Both the position numbers and the translations under genes were made by a program. Positions 1 through 14,695 of a stretch of 64,000 bases of DNA are shown in pieces (within the stretch, counting starts at the first letter, position 1; every line of letters begins with the position of its first letter). This DNA comes from Longimicrobiales bacterium (GTDB taxonomy: Bacteria; Gemmatimonadota; Gemmatimonadetes; Longimicrobiales; Gaopeijiaceae). The notes under the pieces are model-generated. The model worked only from the letters and a program-made list of their open reading frames with translations. It was not told the DNA's origin and made no database searches. The DNA is taken from positions 1,376,001 through 1,440,000 of the forward strand of contig CAXXKM010000003.1 in the NCBI GenBank assembly GCA_963664435.2, in the 5' to 3' direction.

Positions 1-146
1 TCCCTCGCCTGGCGATCGGCGAGCGCGCCGACCTCCTCCTGCAGGACGCGGATGTCCCCCTTGGTGGCGCATCCCGCGCCCGCCAGCACCCCGATCAGGG
101 CGATCAGGACGACATGTCGCGGCACGGCGGTCGTATCCCGACGCAC
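1..146 (-). CDS. Tol-Pal associated lipoprotein CpoB/YbgF-like, N-terminus only (runs off the window)
   Basis: My translation from GTG 146 is MRRDTTAVPRHVVLIALIGVLAGAGC-ATKGDIRVLQEEV: a lipoprotein signal followed by a coiled-coil-like segment. It lies directly downstream of pal. Confidence 0.65.
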   Translation of the reverse strand, partial: MRRDTTAVPRHVVLIALIGVLAGAGCATKGDIRVLQEEVGALADRQAR

Positions 147-178
147 TTACCCGGCCAGGCCGATTCCGGGTCGCGCGA

Positions 179-763
179 CTACTGGCCGCCGCCCGGAACC
201 TGGATCTGATTGCCTCCAGCCGTGATCACGAACTCGTCGCGCCGGTTCTGTGCCCAGGATTGTTCGTTGCTGCCCTGCTCGCGGGGGCGCTCTTCGCCGT
301 AGGAACGGACCTCGAAGCGCGATTCGCCAAGCCCGGCGTTGACCAGGAACTGGCGCACGGCCTCCGCGCGCCGGCTTCCCAGGGCCAGATTGTACTCCGA
401 GGATCCGCGCTCGTCCGCGTGTCCCTCGATGCGAAGCCGGACCGCGGGGCTCGCGCGCAGTACGTCGACCTTCCGCTGGAGCACGCCTTCGGCGTCGTTG
501 CGAATCGCGGCCATGTCGAAGTCGAAGAAGACCATCGCCGTGAGGGCCTCGCGCGCGGCCTCAAGCGCGGCAGCACGGCGAGCCTCCTCTTCGGCCGCCC
601 TGCGGGCCGCTTCTTCCGCCGCTCTGCGAGCCGCGTCGATCGAATCCTGGTTCGGGCCCTCTTCGACGGGCGGCGGTGGGGGAGGAGGAATCTCCTCCTG
701 TCCGCACGCAGCGACGAACAGTCCGGCCGCAACGACGGAAATGATGAGACTGCGGTGCAACAT
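179..763 (-). CDS. pal: Peptidoglycan-associated lipoprotein Pal (OmpA C-terminal domain)
   Basis: Lipobox VAAC; motifs FFDFD, IEGHADERGSSEYNLALGSRRA and NRRDEF; AGGAG RBS before ATG 763. Confidence 0.95.
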   Translation of the reverse strand: MLHRSLIISVVAAGLFVAACGQEEIPPPPPPPVEEGPNQDSIDAARRAAEEAARRAAEEEARRAAALEAAREALTAMVFFDFDMAAIRNDAEGVLQRKVDVLRASPAVRLRIEGHADERGSSEYNLALGSRRAEAVRQFLVNAGLGESRFEVRSYGEERPREQGSNEQSWAQNRRDEFVITAGGNQIQVPGGGQ

Positions 764-892
764 CGCTACTCCTGGAATATGGGGTTCGGTGTCGGATACC
801 AAGTGTGCGCCGGAATCAGCCATATACCTACGATATCGGACGCCCGCGCGCAATATCCCGCGCGGCCTGCCCGTGCGCGGCGGATGGCCAGC

Positions 893-2323
893 TCAGTTCT
901 CCCGGGTCGGGGGCTGGCTCGACGCCAGACTGGGTGACCAGTCGGGTACGCGCGGCCTCACGCCCGAGAGCACGGAACGAATCCTTCCGCTCACCGTGTC
1001 CACGACGAAGAGCCCGAATCCCCAGTCCCGTTCTCCCACGAAGACCAGGTGCCGCCCATCCGGCGCCCAGCTGGGGTCCTCGTTGTTGCCCTCGTAGGTC
1101 AGCTGCAGCAGCCGTTGTCCCTGTGCCGCCACATCGGCGATGAGGATGTGGTAGCTGCCCCGGCGGTAGCGGCCGTGGAAGGCGACCCGGTCGCCGGACG
1201 GCGCCCAGTCGGGCGAGGTATAGTAGCCGCCCTGTCCGTAGAGGTAGGGAGAAACCAGGTCCGGTCGGCCGCCGGCCTCCGCCGGCATCACGTAGATCTG
1301 CGGGATGGCCACCCCCAGCCGGTTGGAGTTGAAGGCCAGACGCCTGCCGTCCGGTGAAAAAGTGGGCGACAGATCGTTCCAGCGCCCGCCGGTGAGGCGC
1401 CACAGGCAGCAGTTCTCGCGGACGCGCCAGGAGAAGAGACCGCTCTCGGCGCCGTCTGCCAGGGAAAAGAGGATCTCCTCCCCGTTCGGATGATACACCG
1501 GGGTCATCGGCTGCCCGGTGCGGTTGAACTCGAGGACCCGCGACTGCCCCGTGGCGAGTTCCATTTCGTGGATGGCCGGATCCTCGCTTGCGAACGACAG
1601 GAAGGCCAGGCGGGAGCCGTCCGGGGACCACGAACAGGACATGGTGAGGGAGTTGAAGTTGGTGAGCCGCCGCAGGTTCTCGCCGTCCGAGTCGACCACG
1701 TAGAGCTCCTGGGAACCGGAGGCCGATTCCATCGAAAAGCAGATCCGGCTGGCGGCCATCCCGGGCTCCCCGGTAATCCATCGGACGACGTCGTCGGAGA
1801 TCGCGTGGACCGCCATGCGGAAGTCTTCCGCGTCGGGGCGCGGAAGCGAAAAGCGCGCCCGTTCCCTGACTTCCGAGAAGACGACGTCGTGAAGCTCCAG
1901 GACCAGCACGAAGCGGTCGCCCAGCCCTTCGACCTGGCCGGTCACGAGCCAGTCGGCGCCGAACTGGTCCCAGAGGCCGTAATCCACCGCTCCGCCGCCG
2001 GGCGCGAGGGGAATCGAGTCCATCATCTCGAACCGGTCGCTGTAGCGCAGGTCGCGGGCGATCACGGCTTCGACCCGGGGCGCGACCGTCAGGCCGCCGA
2101 AACGGCCCGTGAAGGTGCTGATCGCCAGGGTGGGCACATAGCTCTCGTAGACCACCCCCAGATGGCGCACCGTGCCCGGGATGGTGTCGACCTGGGCAGC
2201 CGCCTGGCCGGCGCTGGTCGCCAGCAGGAGCATCAGAAGGGCCGTGCCTCCAGGCAGGGGCGGGCGGGGTCCGCCCGGGTTGACCTGTCGGACCTGATTT
2301 GCGTTCCGGACGCCTGTCCTCAT
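893..2323 (-). CDS. tolB: TolB beta-propeller protein
   Basis: Signal peptide, TolB N-domain (VIARDLRYSDRF), PD40 repeats (WSPDG, PTFSPDG, PSWAPDG); GGAGG RBS before ATG 2323. Confidence 0.9.
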   Translation of the reverse strand: MRTGVRNANQVRQVNPGGPRPPLPGGTALLMLLLATSAGQAAAQVDTIPGTVRHLGVVYESYVPTLAISTFTGRFGGLTVAPRVEAVIARDLRYSDRFEMMDSIPLAPGGGAVDYGLWDQFGADWLVTGQVEGLGDRFVLVLELHDVVFSEVRERARFSLPRPDAEDFRMAVHAISDDVVRWITGEPGMAASRICFSMESASGSQELYVVDSDGENLRRLTNFNSLTMSCSWSPDGSRLAFLSFASEDPAIHEMELATGQSRVLEFNRTGQPMTPVYHPNGEEILFSLADGAESGLFSWRVRENCCLWRLTGGRWNDLSPTFSPDGRRLAFNSNRLGVAIPQIYVMPAEAGGRPDLVSPYLYGQGGYYTSPDWAPSGDRVAFHGRYRRGSYHILIADVAAQGQRLLQLTYEGNNEDPSWAPDGRHLVFVGERDWGFGLFVVDTVSGRIRSVLSGVRPRVPDWSPSLASSQPPTREN

Positions 2324-2336
2324 GTGACCATCCTCC

Positions 2337-3095
2337 CTACGCAGCCGGAGACGACCCTGGATGGGCCGGGGACTCCGTCGGCGGCCGGCGCCGCGCCGGG
2401 CTGAATGTGAACCGGAACGGTGCGTGTTCAAGCCCCATCTCCGGCGGCAGCGGACCGAAGCGTCCACCTCCGGCGCACTCGACGGCCTCCCGGACGGCCA
2501 GGTTGAAGACCACGCTCCTCGATGCCTCGGAAATGCGAACCGTCGTGTCGATCACCTTGCCCTCCCGGTCGAGCACGAAGTCGACCGAAGCGGTCAGATC
2601 GGCTCTCCCGGGCGGACGGAAGCAGCGCCGCATCTGCCGCTGCATGTTGGCGTAGTACTGTGGGAAATCCCGTTCCACGCCCCTCATGCGGACGTCGAGA
2701 TCGTCGGTGCCCGTGCCGGGTTCATCGATGGGCGCAGGCTGGGCTTCCTCCTCCACCGGCTGTGCGTCCGGTACCGGCTCCGGGGCGTCGGGGCGCGGTT
2801 CCGGCTCCGGCTCCGGTTCGTCCTCCAGTACCGCCGCGGATTCCTCCTCGGGAAGGGGCTCGGGCTCGGGGGTGTCGACGGTGAGCTCCTCCTCCTCCGG
2901 AGCCGGGGCGGGTTCGACCTCGGAAGCGGGCGCGGGCATGGCGACCAGTTCCAGTTCTATGGTCACCAGCTGCACCGGCTCGGGCTGCATGTTGGTCGCC
3001 ACAACCAGCATCAGGAAAAACCCGTGGAGGCCAACCGAGAAGAGAACCGGAGATCGGCCCGGCCCGTCCCTTCGCCGTCGTGCGCTTCGGTCCAC
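2337..3095 (-). CDS. TolA/TonB-family energy transducer
   Basis: N-terminal TM with SVGLH motif, Pro/Glu-rich linker (EPEPEPEP), TonB/TolA-like C-terminal domain; lies between tolR and tolB. Confidence 0.8.
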   Translation of the reverse strand: MDRSARRRRDGPGRSPVLFSVGLHGFFLMLVVATNMQPEPVQLVTIELELVAMPAPASEVEPAPAPEEEELTVDTPEPEPLPEEESAAVLEDEPEPEPEPRPDAPEPVPDAQPVEEEAQPAPIDEPGTGTDDLDVRMRGVERDFPQYYANMQRQMRRCFRPPGRADLTASVDFVLDREGKVIDTTVRISEASRSVVFNLAVREAVECAGGGRFGPLPPEMGLEHAPFRFTFSPARRRPPTESPAHPGSSPAA

Positions 3096-3109
3096 CGCCA
3101 CTCCTCGTG

Positions 3110-3547
3110 CTATCGGCTCGCGTCGGGCTCGGCAACGATCGCGAAGCGGATTCCTTCCTGGCGCGCCAGGTCCTGGACCCTCGCGAAGACCCGCACCATG
3201 TCGCCATGATACGCAAGGGAGTCACCCCGAATGTAGATCTGCCCGACGTTCCGCGCAGTCACCGCCTGGGAAAGCACGTCCGGGAAGTCGTCGTAGGGCA
3301 CGACCGTCTCGGAGATCACGATCTCGCCGTTGGCGCGAACCGCGACGATCAGGGGCTCCTCGTCCGCGGTCAGAGGCGCCACATCGGCCCGCGGCACGCC
3401 CACCTCGATGCCCCCCTGGAGGATCGGGGCCGTGATGATGAAGATCACCAGCAGCGTGAAGGCGACGTCCACCAGGGAGGTCACGTTGATCTCCGCGCGC
3501 AACGGCAGATCCTCGCGGCGTCCCCGGGACCGGCGGTCGTGGCTCAA
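3110..3547 (-). CDS. tolR: TolR/ExbD biopolymer transporter
   Basis: EINVTSLVDVAFTLLVIFII motif and IRGD motif. Confidence 0.9.
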   Translation of the reverse strand: MSHDRRSRGRREDLPLRAEINVTSLVDVAFTLLVIFIITAPILQGGIEVGVPRADVAPLTADEEPLIVAVRANGEIVISETVVPYDDFPDVLSQAVTARNVGQIYIRGDSLAYHGDMVRVFARVQDLARQEGIRFAIVAEPDASR

Positions 3548-4266
3548 ACGTGGCCCTCCCGCGCGAGCGTGCCGATGAACTCGCTCGAGAACCCCTCGAG
3601 TTCACCCGTGACCAGGTTCAACCGCGAAACGTAGTAGTTGTAGGCGATGACCGCGGGGATGGCGACGAAGAGCCCGGTCATGGTGGTCAGCAGCGCCTCC
3701 GCCACCCCCGGCGCCACGGCGGCGATGTTCGCCGAGCCGCTCGCGGTGATTCCCCGGAAGGTGTTCATGATGCCGATGACGGTTCCCATCAGCCCGAGCA
3801 GGGGTGAGATGGAGCCGATGACCGCGAGCCACGTGAGCCCGTGGGCAAGGTCGTCGCGCTCGTCGGATTCCTCCTTCTGCAGCACCATCCGAAGCGTGTC
3901 CAGCTGTACCTGGGTCAGTCCTTCCCTCGCGGACACGCCTTCGCGCAGCGCTCCCGGCCGCAGCTCGCTGAAGAAGTTCACCCCGTGTCGGAAGAGACGG
4001 CCGTAGGGGGACTCCGGAAGGGCCAGGATCGCGGTATAGGCCTCTTCGAGCCCGCGCGCATTGGACACCGCGTCCAGGAACTGGTTGCCCTGGGTCTGAA
4101 CTCGACGAAACTGGAGGTACTTCCAGCCGATCACGTACCAGCTTGCCAGGGAAAACACCCCGAGCACGGCCAGCACCACCAGGGTCGGAGCGCTCGCTCC
4201 GACGACCATGTCCAGCAAGGTTGCCGGGGGGCGGCTCTGGAGCGCGAGGATCCCGATCGCGGTCAT
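3544..4266 (-). CDS. tolQ: TolQ/ExbB/MotA proton channel protein
   Basis: SPLLGLMGTVIGIM, VAPGVAEAL and GLFVAIPA motifs. Confidence 0.92.
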   Translation of the reverse strand: MTAIGILALQSRPPATLLDMVVGASAPTLVVLAVLGVFSLASWYVIGWKYLQFRRVQTQGNQFLDAVSNARGLEEAYTAILALPESPYGRLFRHGVNFFSELRPGALREGVSAREGLTQVQLDTLRMVLQKEESDERDDLAHGLTWLAVIGSISPLLGLMGTVIGIMNTFRGITASGSANIAAVAPGVAEALLTTMTGLFVAIPAVIAYNYYVSRLNLVTGELEGFSSEFIGTLAREGHV

Positions 4267-4395
4267 TGGGCTTCAGTTCTCCGGCTCTTCAGGGGTGACG
4301 GGGCCGGGAATGGACGGCGGCCCGGGCGATGACGAAATCCGGGACACACTACCCCCGCTCGCTCCGCGGGATCCTGGCGTGTCCGGGCCCGGCGA

Positions 4396-5157
4396 TCACG
4401 GTCCGGCGGCCCCCGCCCTCCAGGGACGCAGGTACTCCGGCTCCCACGCGCGCGCGTTCGCTACGGGTGGCCCGGGCATGAGCGTGAAGAGGCGCGCGAG
4501 CCCTTCGGCGGTGGGCAGTCCGACCGGGGGCGCGACAACACGCCAGCCCTGCCGCCTGATCGCCGCGGCGTGGCGAAAGGCGCCGTCGCCCGCGAAGATC
4601 GCGCCTTCGGGAACGGCCGACGACAACACTTCGCCCAGGCGCGTGGCAGTCGGGGGGACCAGGATGTCCGCCGCGGCAGGCCCTACCCGGAAACAGCCCG
4701 CGTAGACCCGATCGGCGCGCGCGTCGAAGAGGACGTAGCACGGCGTGCCGGGCTCGCAAGGCTCCGCCCCCCGGTCCTCCTGCCTTTTGCGCCAGCCGGC
4801 CGGCCCGGACCAGCCGGCGGGCAGCCACACCCCTTCCGAAGCGGCGGCGGCGGCCAGGCTGGAATAGGTCCATATCGGCACCCCGCATCCCTCCGCCAGC
4901 CCCTTGGCGGTCGCCGCCGCGACGCGCACGCCGGTGAAGGATCCCGGGCCGCTTCCCACGACGATGCCGGCCAGATCGCCCAACTGGGCGCCGGAGGCCA
5001 CCAGCACCCCGCGAATGGCGGGCAGCAGGCGGGCGGCATGCCGGCGCGGACTGCGCAGGAAGGCGCGCGCAAGCACCTTGCCGTTCGCGGTCACGATGAC
5101 CGACCCCAGGCGCGACGACGTGTCGAAGGCGAGGATGGTGCGGCCGCGTCCGTTCAT
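4396..5157 (-). CDS. tsaB: tRNA t6A37 biosynthesis protein TsaB
   Basis: ILAFDTS, GPGSFTGVRV, DAR and PEYLR motifs; ATGA overlap with the tsaE stop. Confidence 0.92.
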   Translation of the reverse strand: MNGRGRTILAFDTSSRLGSVIVTANGKVLARAFLRSPRRHAARLLPAIRGVLVASGAQLGDLAGIVVGSGPGSFTGVRVAAATAKGLAEGCGVPIWTYSSLAAAAASEGVWLPAGWSGPAGWRKRQEDRGAEPCEPGTPCYVLFDARADRVYAGCFRVGPAAADILVPPTATRLGEVLSSAVPEGAIFAGDGAFRHAAAIRRQGWRVVAPPVGLPTAEGLARLFTLMPGPPVANARAWEPEYLRPWRAGAAGP

Positions 5158-5639
5158 CGATTCGGCAACGCGGGCGGGTTTCCTCTGCGCAGAACCTCCA
5201 CCGCGCGCACGTCGGCACCGGGCGCCGTTGCGCTCAGGGATATCTCCCAGTGGTCCGGCGGAAGCACGGCCCGCGCCCTCTCCGGCCATTCGACGATCAC
5301 GATTTCACGCGGGACGCCGAGCTCGAACCAGCCCAGCTCCGCCAGTTCGGACTCGTCGTTCAGGCGATACAGATCCATGTGCACGATGGTGCGTCCCCCC
5401 GTCCCGGGATAGCGGAAGACCAGATTGAAGGTCGGGGAGGGCAAGGCCCCGCGCACCCCCGCCCCGCGGGCCACCGCCCTGGCCAGGACCGACTTCCCCG
5501 CACCCACCGGACCGCGCAGCATCAGAAACACCGGAGGCCTGACCGAGGATCCGATGCGCCGGCCCCACCGCGCCAACTCCTCCTCGCTCAGCACCAACTG
5601 CGTCTGCGCGACCGGGGCTTCCGCCCTGTCAGGGGGCAT
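5154..5639 (-). CDS. tsaE: tRNA t6A37 biosynthesis ATPase TsaE
   Basis: GPVGAGKS P-loop, SPTF, HMDLYRL and VEW motifs. Confidence 0.93.
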   Translation of the reverse strand: MPPDRAEAPVAQTQLVLSEEELARWGRRIGSSVRPPVFLMLRGPVGAGKSVLARAVARGAGVRGALPSPTFNLVFRYPGTGGRTIVHMDLYRLNDESELAELGWFELGVPREIVIVEWPERARAVLPPDHWEISLSATAPGADVRAVEVLRRGNPPALPNR

Positions 5640-5645
5640 CCCGGC

Positions 5646-7652
5646 CTACCTCTTCGCGGTTTCGCCCTCGAGCGACACCCGCAGCTCGAACAGCTGGTCC
5701 CGCAGCATCGCGGCCCGCTCGAACTCCAGCGCGTCGGACGCCCGGTTCATCTCCTCCTCCAGAATCTTCACGTACTCTTCACGGTTGACTTCGTCCGAAT
5801 AGCCCGACCGAGGCTCGGCCACCAGGGCCACCGGCTTTTCGCGCGCATCCGCCACGCGGGTGCTGAACTCGATCTCCTCCACGCTCTTCACGATGGTCTC
5901 CGGAGTGATCCGATGTTCCCTGTTGTAGGCCAGCTGAATCTCGCGCCGGCGGTCGGTCTCGTCGAGGCATCTCGCCATCGATTCGGTGATGGTGTCGGCA
6001 TACAGAATCGCCGTGCCGCGGACGTTGCGGGCGGCCCGGCCGATGGTCTGGATGAGCGAACGGGCGTCGCGCAGGAACCCTTCCTTGTCGGCGTCGAGAA
6101 TCGCGACCAGCGACACCTCCGGAAGATCGAGACCCTCGCGCAGCAGGTTGATGCCCACCAGCACGTCGATCCCGCCGAGCCGCAGTGCCCGCAGGATGTC
6201 CACGCGGTCGATGGTATTGATCTCCGAGTGCATGTAGCGCACCCGCACCCCCAGCGACTGCAGGTACTCGGAGAGGTCCTCCGCCATGCGCTTGGTCAGG
6301 GTGGTGACCAGGATGCGCTCCCCGCAGGCCGCCCGCTCGCGGATCTCGGCCAGCAGATCGTCGACCTGGCCACGCACGGGACGCACCTCCACCTCCGGGT
6401 CGACCAGCCCCGTGGGACGGATGATCTGCTCCACCACGACGCCGCGTGACAGCCCCAGCTCCATGTCGCCGGGGGTGGCCGACACGAAGACCGCCTGATC
6501 GAGCACGGACTCCCATTCCTCGTACCGGAGCGGCCGATTGTCCAGCGCGCTGGGCAGTCGAAAGCCGAACTCGACCAGGGTGTCCTTGCGCGCCTTGTCG
6601 CCGTTGAACATCCCGCGAATCTGCGGGAGGGACACGTGCGATTCGTCGACGATGGTGAGGAAATGGTCCGGGAAGTAGTCCAGGAGGCAGGACGGCCGTT
6701 CCCCCGCCTCGCGGCGGCTGATGAAGCGCGAGTAGTTTTCGATGCCGGGGCAGGTGCCCACCTCGAGCATCATCTCGATGTCGAAGTTGGTGCGGGATTC
6801 GAGCCGCTGCGCCTCCAGCAGCTTGCCCGCCCTGCGAAAGCGGTGCAGCTGATCGGCCAGCTCGTCGCGGATCAGGGGCACCGCCTCCTCTATGGTGCGC
6901 CGATGCGTGACGTAGTGGCTGGCGGGATAGATGGCGGTGCGGTTCAGGGATACGATCCCATCCCCCGTGAGGGGCTCGAAACGGGTGATTCGCTCGATTT
7001 CATCACCCCACAGCTCGATGCGGATACCCTGCTCCTCATAGGCGGGGAGAATCTCCACGGTGTCGCCCCGGACCCTGAAGGTGCCGCGCTCGAAGGCGAA
7101 GTCGTTGCGGCCGTACTGGATGTCGACCAACGCCCGCAGCAGCTCGTCGCGCGGCACGACCTCGCCGACGCGAGCTTCGAGCATCAGGGAGCGGTAGTCG
7201 GCTGGATTGCCGAGGCCGTAGATGCAGGAAACCGACGCCACCACGATGACATCGTCCCGTTCGAAAAGGGAGGAAGTGGACCGCAGGCGCAGCCGGTCGA
7301 TGTCCTCGTTGATGCTCGCGTCCTTCTCGATGTAGGTGTCCGTGGAGGGGACGTACGCTTCAGGCTGATAATAGTCGTAGTAGGAGACGAAATACTCGAC
7401 CGCATTGACGGGAAAGAGGGCCTTCAGCTCCCCGTAGAGCTGGGCCGCCAGAGTCTTGTTGTGGGACATGACGAGCGTCGGACGGCGATGGTTCCGGATG
7501 ACGTGCGCCATGGTGAGGGTCTTCCCGGTGCCGGTCGCCCCCAGCAGCGTCTGGAAGCGCGTGCCGCCCTCGAGCCCGGCCGACAGTTGCTCGATCGCGG
7601 AAGGCTGGTCTCCCGCGGGATCGAAGGAAGAGTGAATCTCGAACCGGGGCAC
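5646..7652 (-). CDS. uvrB: Excinuclease ABC subunit B
   Basis: [22 protein letters not shown] and [13 protein letters not shown] motifs; C-terminal UVR domain. Confidence 0.98.
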   Translation of the reverse strand: MPRFEIHSSFDPAGDQPSAIEQLSAGLEGGTRFQTLLGATGTGKTLTMAHVIRNHRRPTLVMSHNKTLAAQLYGELKALFPVNAVEYFVSYYDYYQPEAYVPSTDTYIEKDASINEDIDRLRLRSTSSLFERDDVIVVASVSCIYGLGNPADYRSLMLEARVGEVVPRDELLRALVDIQYGRNDFAFERGTFRVRGDTVEILPAYEEQGIRIELWGDEIERITRFEPLTGDGIVSLNRTAIYPASHYVTHRRTIEEAVPLIRDELADQLHRFRRAGKLLEAQRLESRTNFDIEMMLEVGTCPGIENYSRFISRREAGERPSCLLDYFPDHFLTIVDESHVSLPQIRGMFNGDKARKDTLVEFGFRLPSALDNRPLRYEEWESVLDQAVFVSATPGDMELGLSRGVVVEQIIRPTGLVDPEVEVRPVRGQVDDLLAEIRERAACGERILVTTLTKRMAEDLSEYLQSLGVRVRYMHSEINTIDRVDILRALRLGGIDVLVGINLLREGLDLPEVSLVAILDADKEGFLRDARSLIQTIGRAARNVRGTAILYADTITESMARCLDETDRRREIQLAYNREHRITPETIVKSVEEIEFSTRVADAREKPVALVAEPRSGYSDEVNREEYVKILEEEMNRASDALEFERAAMLRDQLFELRVSLEGETAKR

Positions 7653-7656
7653 GGCG

Positions 7657-9864
7657 TCAGGCCTCGGTCCTTTCCGCCTCGCCCTTGCTCTCGCGCCGCT
7701 CGACCCTGAGCACGCCCTTCACCTGGTTCACGGCCTTCAGCACCTTTTCCAGGTGGGACCGGTCCTCCACCTCCACTACGAATTCGCCGGTCATGCCGGC
7801 CTTGTCCGACCGGACGTCCGCGTTCTGAATGTTGGTCCCGGTGTTGGTGATGGCTTTGGCGATATCCGACAGGAGCCCCCGGCGGTCGACGGCCCGGGCG
7901 TGAATCTTCACCATCCGGGTATCGCCCTTCTCCGCCGTCCACCGGATCTCGACCCTGCGTTCCGGGTCCTGGGACAGATAGAGCACGTTGGCGCAGTCCG
8001 TCCGGTGAATCGAGATGCCGCGGCCGACCGTGATGTAGCCGATGACGTTGTCGCCGGGTACGGGCTGGCAGCACTGGGAGTAGCGCACCATCAGGTTGTC
8101 CACGCCCTGGATGCGCACGCCCCTGCTGGACGGACGTATCCTGGCGGCGATGCGCCGCAGGGTGGAGGGGGGCTGGGGGCCGGGAGTTTCCCGGTCCGGG
8201 AAGAGCGCCTTGAGCACGGCCGCCGGCCCCACGTCCCCGCGCCCCAGCGCCGCCTGCAGCTGGTCGAAGTCGGGATAGCCCAGCTGTGCGGCCGCGTGAA
8301 CCCTCGCCTCGTCGCCCGGCTTTGGAAGGCGTCGCTTGCGCAGCTCCTGTTTCAGGAAATCCCCACCCAGCTGGAGCGCGGAGGCGAATTCCTCCTTGCG
8401 GATCCAGCGCCGGATCTGCCCGCGCGCCCGCGACGTCTTCACGAACGCGAGCCAGTCGCGGTTGGGCCGCTGCTTCTGGTTCTTGATGATCTCGACCGTG
8501 TCGCCGTTCTTCAGCTTGCGCGAGAGCGGGGCGATGCGTCCGTTCACCCGCGCGCCCGCGCAGTGCGATCCGATTTCGCTGTGGACGGAATACGCGAAGT
8601 CGATCGGGGTCGCCCCGACGGGAAGCTGCTTGACTTCGCCCCTGGGGGTGAAGACGAAGATCTCCCCCTGGAAGAGGTCCATGCGGAGGAACTCCATGAA
8701 TTCCTCCGGCTCGCTGGTATCCTTCTGCCATTCGAGCACCTGCCGGAACCAGGAGAGAGCTTCTCCGACCTCGTCCTTCCTGGCGTGCCCGCCTTCCTTG
8801 TAGCGCCAGTGCGCGGCGATCCCCTGCTCCGCCGTCAGATGCATCGCTTCGGTGCGGATCTGGATCTCGTAGCGGCGCCCGCGCGGACCGAACACGGTCG
8901 TGTGCAGGGACTGGTACATGTTGGACTTCGGCGTTGCGATATAGTCGCGGAAGCGCTCCTGCACCGGAGTCCAGCGGTTGTGGATGACCCCGAGCGCCGC
9001 ATAGCAGTGCTGCACCGAGTCCGTAATCACGCGCAGTGCGAGCAGATCCTGGATGTCCTCGAAGGGAAGGTCGTTGGCACGGATCTTCTTGTGGATGGAC
9101 CACAGGTGCTTCGGCCTGCCCGTCACGTCCACGAAGGGAATGCCGGCCTCGGTCAGCATGTCCACCACCGGACGCCTCATTTCCATGATCTGGCGCTCGC
9201 GCTCCCGCCGGCGCTGCTGAATCTTCTTCTTCAGCTGGTTGTAATCGTCGGGTTCGAGGAACTTGAAGGCCAGGTCCTCGAGTTCCCACTTGATGGCGGC
9301 CAGTCCAAGGCGATGGGCGATGGGGGCATAGATGTTGCGCGTCTCCAGCGCGATTCGCCGTTGCTTGGCAGGTCGCAGGTGCTCGAGCGTCCGCATGTTG
9401 TGGAGCCGGTCGGCGAGCTTGATGAGGATGACGCGGGCGTCCTGGACCATCGACACCAGCAGCTTGCGGTAGTTCTCGACCTGCCGTTCCGCATTCGACC
9501 GGAAGCGGACCCTCCCGATCTTCGTCACCCCGTCCACGATGCCGGCCACCTCGCCGCCGAACTGGGCTTCCACATCGGTCAGGTCGACGGCGGTGTCCTC
9601 CACCACATCGTGGATCAGGCCTGCGGTTATGGAGGCGGTATCCAGACGAAGCTCCGCCAGGATGGTGGCGACGCCGACTGCGTGGGTGACGTAGCTGGCG
9701 CCGGAGGCTCGTCGCTGGCCCGCGTGTGCCTCGGCCGCGAGCCGGTGCGCCCTCTCGATCCGGCCGACGTCCAGACGGTCGGCGTACGCCTCGATGGCCG
9801 GAGCAAGACCCGCGGGCAGTTTCTGCACCGCGTTCCTGGCAATCGTGGCAGTCGAAGTCGCCAT
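7657..9864 (-). CDS. spoT: Bifunctional (p)ppGpp synthetase/hydrolase, long RSH (Rel/SpoT)
   Basis: Intact HD domain ([18 protein letters not shown]), synthetase motifs YQSLHT and EIQIRT, plus TGS, CC and ACT domains. Confidence 0.95.
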   Translation of the reverse strand: MATSTATIARNAVQKLPAGLAPAIEAYADRLDVGRIERAHRLAAEAHAGQRRASGASYVTHAVGVATILAELRLDTASITAGLIHDVVEDTAVDLTDVEAQFGGEVAGIVDGVTKIGRVRFRSNAERQVENYRKLLVSMVQDARVILIKLADRLHNMRTLEHLRPAKQRRIALETRNIYAPIAHRLGLAAIKWELEDLAFKFLEPDDYNQLKKKIQQRRRERERQIMEMRRPVVDMLTEAGIPFVDVTGRPKHLWSIHKKIRANDLPFEDIQDLLALRVITDSVQHCYAALGVIHNRWTPVQERFRDYIATPKSNMYQSLHTTVFGPRGRRYEIQIRTEAMHLTAEQGIAAHWRYKEGGHARKDEVGEALSWFRQVLEWQKDTSEPEEFMEFLRMDLFQGEIFVFTPRGEVKQLPVGATPIDFAYSVHSEIGSHCAGARVNGRIAPLSRKLKNGDTVEIIKNQKQRPNRDWLAFVKTSRARGQIRRWIRKEEFASALQLGGDFLKQELRKRRLPKPGDEARVHAAAQLGYPDFDQLQAALGRGDVGPAAVLKALFPDRETPGPQPPSTLRRIAARIRPSSRGVRIQGVDNLMVRYSQCCQPVPGDNVIGYITVGRGISIHRTDCANVLYLSQDPERRVEIRWTAEKGDTRMVKIHARAVDRRGLLSDIAKAITNTGTNIQNADVRSDKAGMTGEFVVEVEDRSHLEKVLKAVNQVKGVLRVERRESKGEAERTEA

Positions 9865-10014
9865 TGTGACCCTGCAAAACGGGAAAGCGGTGTACCGAAG
9901 GGTTCGAGCGATGCCCGACCAGTGAACATAATCGCCCGCCGGGGTATCCGCAGGGACCGGGCGTGCGCGCAGCCTGACGCAGCCGGCACCCCGGCTCGAG
10001 CTCGGGAAGGTTCG

Positions 10015-10686
10015 CTACATCAGGCCGTCCTGGGCCAGGGAACGGAATGCCTCGCCCGCGATGATCACATGGTCGAGCACGGGAATTCCGACTGTGCGGC
10101 CGGCCGCGGACAGCTGCCGGGTGACTTCGCGGTCTTCGGGCGAAGGCGACGGGTTTCCCGATGGATGGTTGTGCACCAGAATAACCGCTGCCGCGCTCTC
10201 CACGATCGCCTCCCGCAACACCTCGCGCGGATGGATGAGAGAGGCGTCCAGGATTCCGCGCGTGATCAGCACCTCGCGCAGCACGCCGTGCTGGCTGTTG
10301 AGCAGAAGGGCGTGAAACTCCTCGTGGCGCAGATCGCGCAACCGGGGAGCCATGCGCGCATAGATGTCGCCCGGCCCGCGAATCGGGTCGCGGGTGGCAA
10401 GACGCTCCCTGACGCCCCGCCGACCCAGTTCCAGCGCCGCCAGCACACGGGCGGCGGTCGCCCCCCCGACACCGGCGATGCCCTCCAGGAGCCCGGCGGG
10501 GGCCGATCCCATGCGCGCCAGCGATCCCCCGCAGCGCTGCAGCAGGGCGTCCGCGACATCCATTGCGCTCGCGCCCCGGCTTCCACTCCCCACCACGAGC
10601 GCGAGCAGCTCGCGGGTCGCCAGCCCGTGGACGCCCACCTCCCGAAGGCGTTCACGGGGACGGTCGCCGCGCGGCCATTCGCGCAT
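10015..10686 (-). CDS. radC: RadC family JAB-domain protein
   Basis: RPRERL N-terminus, HPRE and HNHPSG..PS..D JAB motif, LDHVI. Confidence 0.93.
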   Translation of the reverse strand: MREWPRGDRPRERLREVGVHGLATRELLALVVGSGSRGASAMDVADALLQRCGGSLARMGSAPAGLLEGIAGVGGATAARVLAALELGRRGVRERLATRDPIRGPGDIYARMAPRLRDLRHEEFHALLLNSQHGVLREVLITRGILDASLIHPREVLREAIVESAAAVILVHNHPSGNPSPSPEDREVTRQLSAAGRTVGIPVLDHVIIAGEAFRSLAQDGLM

Positions 10687-10700
10687 CGGGCGGGAGGTTG

Positions 10701-13993
<3,293 letters not shown>

Positions 13994-13997
<4 letters not shown>

Positions 13998-14695
13998 CGT
14001 TCCGTCCAGCGGGTCACGCGCGTCATGACATGGCGGCTACCGGCTCCGGCTGCGCTTCCCGAAGCCATCCCCCCGGCCGCCATGTACGTGCGTTCCGCCT
14101 GGCGGTACAGCCCCTCCCGCTCAACAATGGCGCGGACCGCGTCGGACACCAGGTACCGCAGCGGGCGTCCCTCGCTGAATCGGGCCCGAATCTCGCTCGA
14201 CGAGACGTCGATCCGGGTGACGGGCAACTGCTCGTGTTCCACCCCGGGAGACGCAACCCGTCCGAAGGAGCCGCCACCCGGCACCATGACCACGACCCGC
14301 GCCAGTCGCGCGATCTCGTCGGGCTCCCGCCAGCTGCGGAAGGCCGCCGCCTGATCGGGGCCGATCAGCAGGAACAGTCGGGTCGCGGGATCGGCCGCCA
14401 CAAGCTCCCGCAGCGTGTCGACCGTATAGGACATGCCCGTCCGCAGAACCTCCCGGTCGCTGACCCGAAAGCGTTCGTCGCCCGCCACCGCCGCCCTGGT
14501 CATTTCCAGGCGAAGCTCGGGTGAGGTCAGCCGCCACGAGCGCTTGTGCGGAGGACGCCCGCAGGGCATCCACACGACGCGCCGCACGGGGAGGGCGTCG
14601 AAGGCGTCCTGCGCTACCGTCAGGTGCCCGAGGTGCGGCGGGTCGAAGGTCCCCCCGAAGAGCGCGATGCCTCCGGAGGCGCGCTCATCCGACAT
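13994..14695 (-). CDS. nadD: Nicotinate-nucleotide adenylyltransferase
   Basis: [18 protein letters not shown] and VSSSEIR motifs; start re-picked at ATG 14695. Confidence 0.93.

Noticed and set aside
10015..10686. radC as a marker of a mobile or defence island
   Set aside because: It is the full-length chromosomal type between secA and rel, with no integrase, composition shift or flanking repeats.
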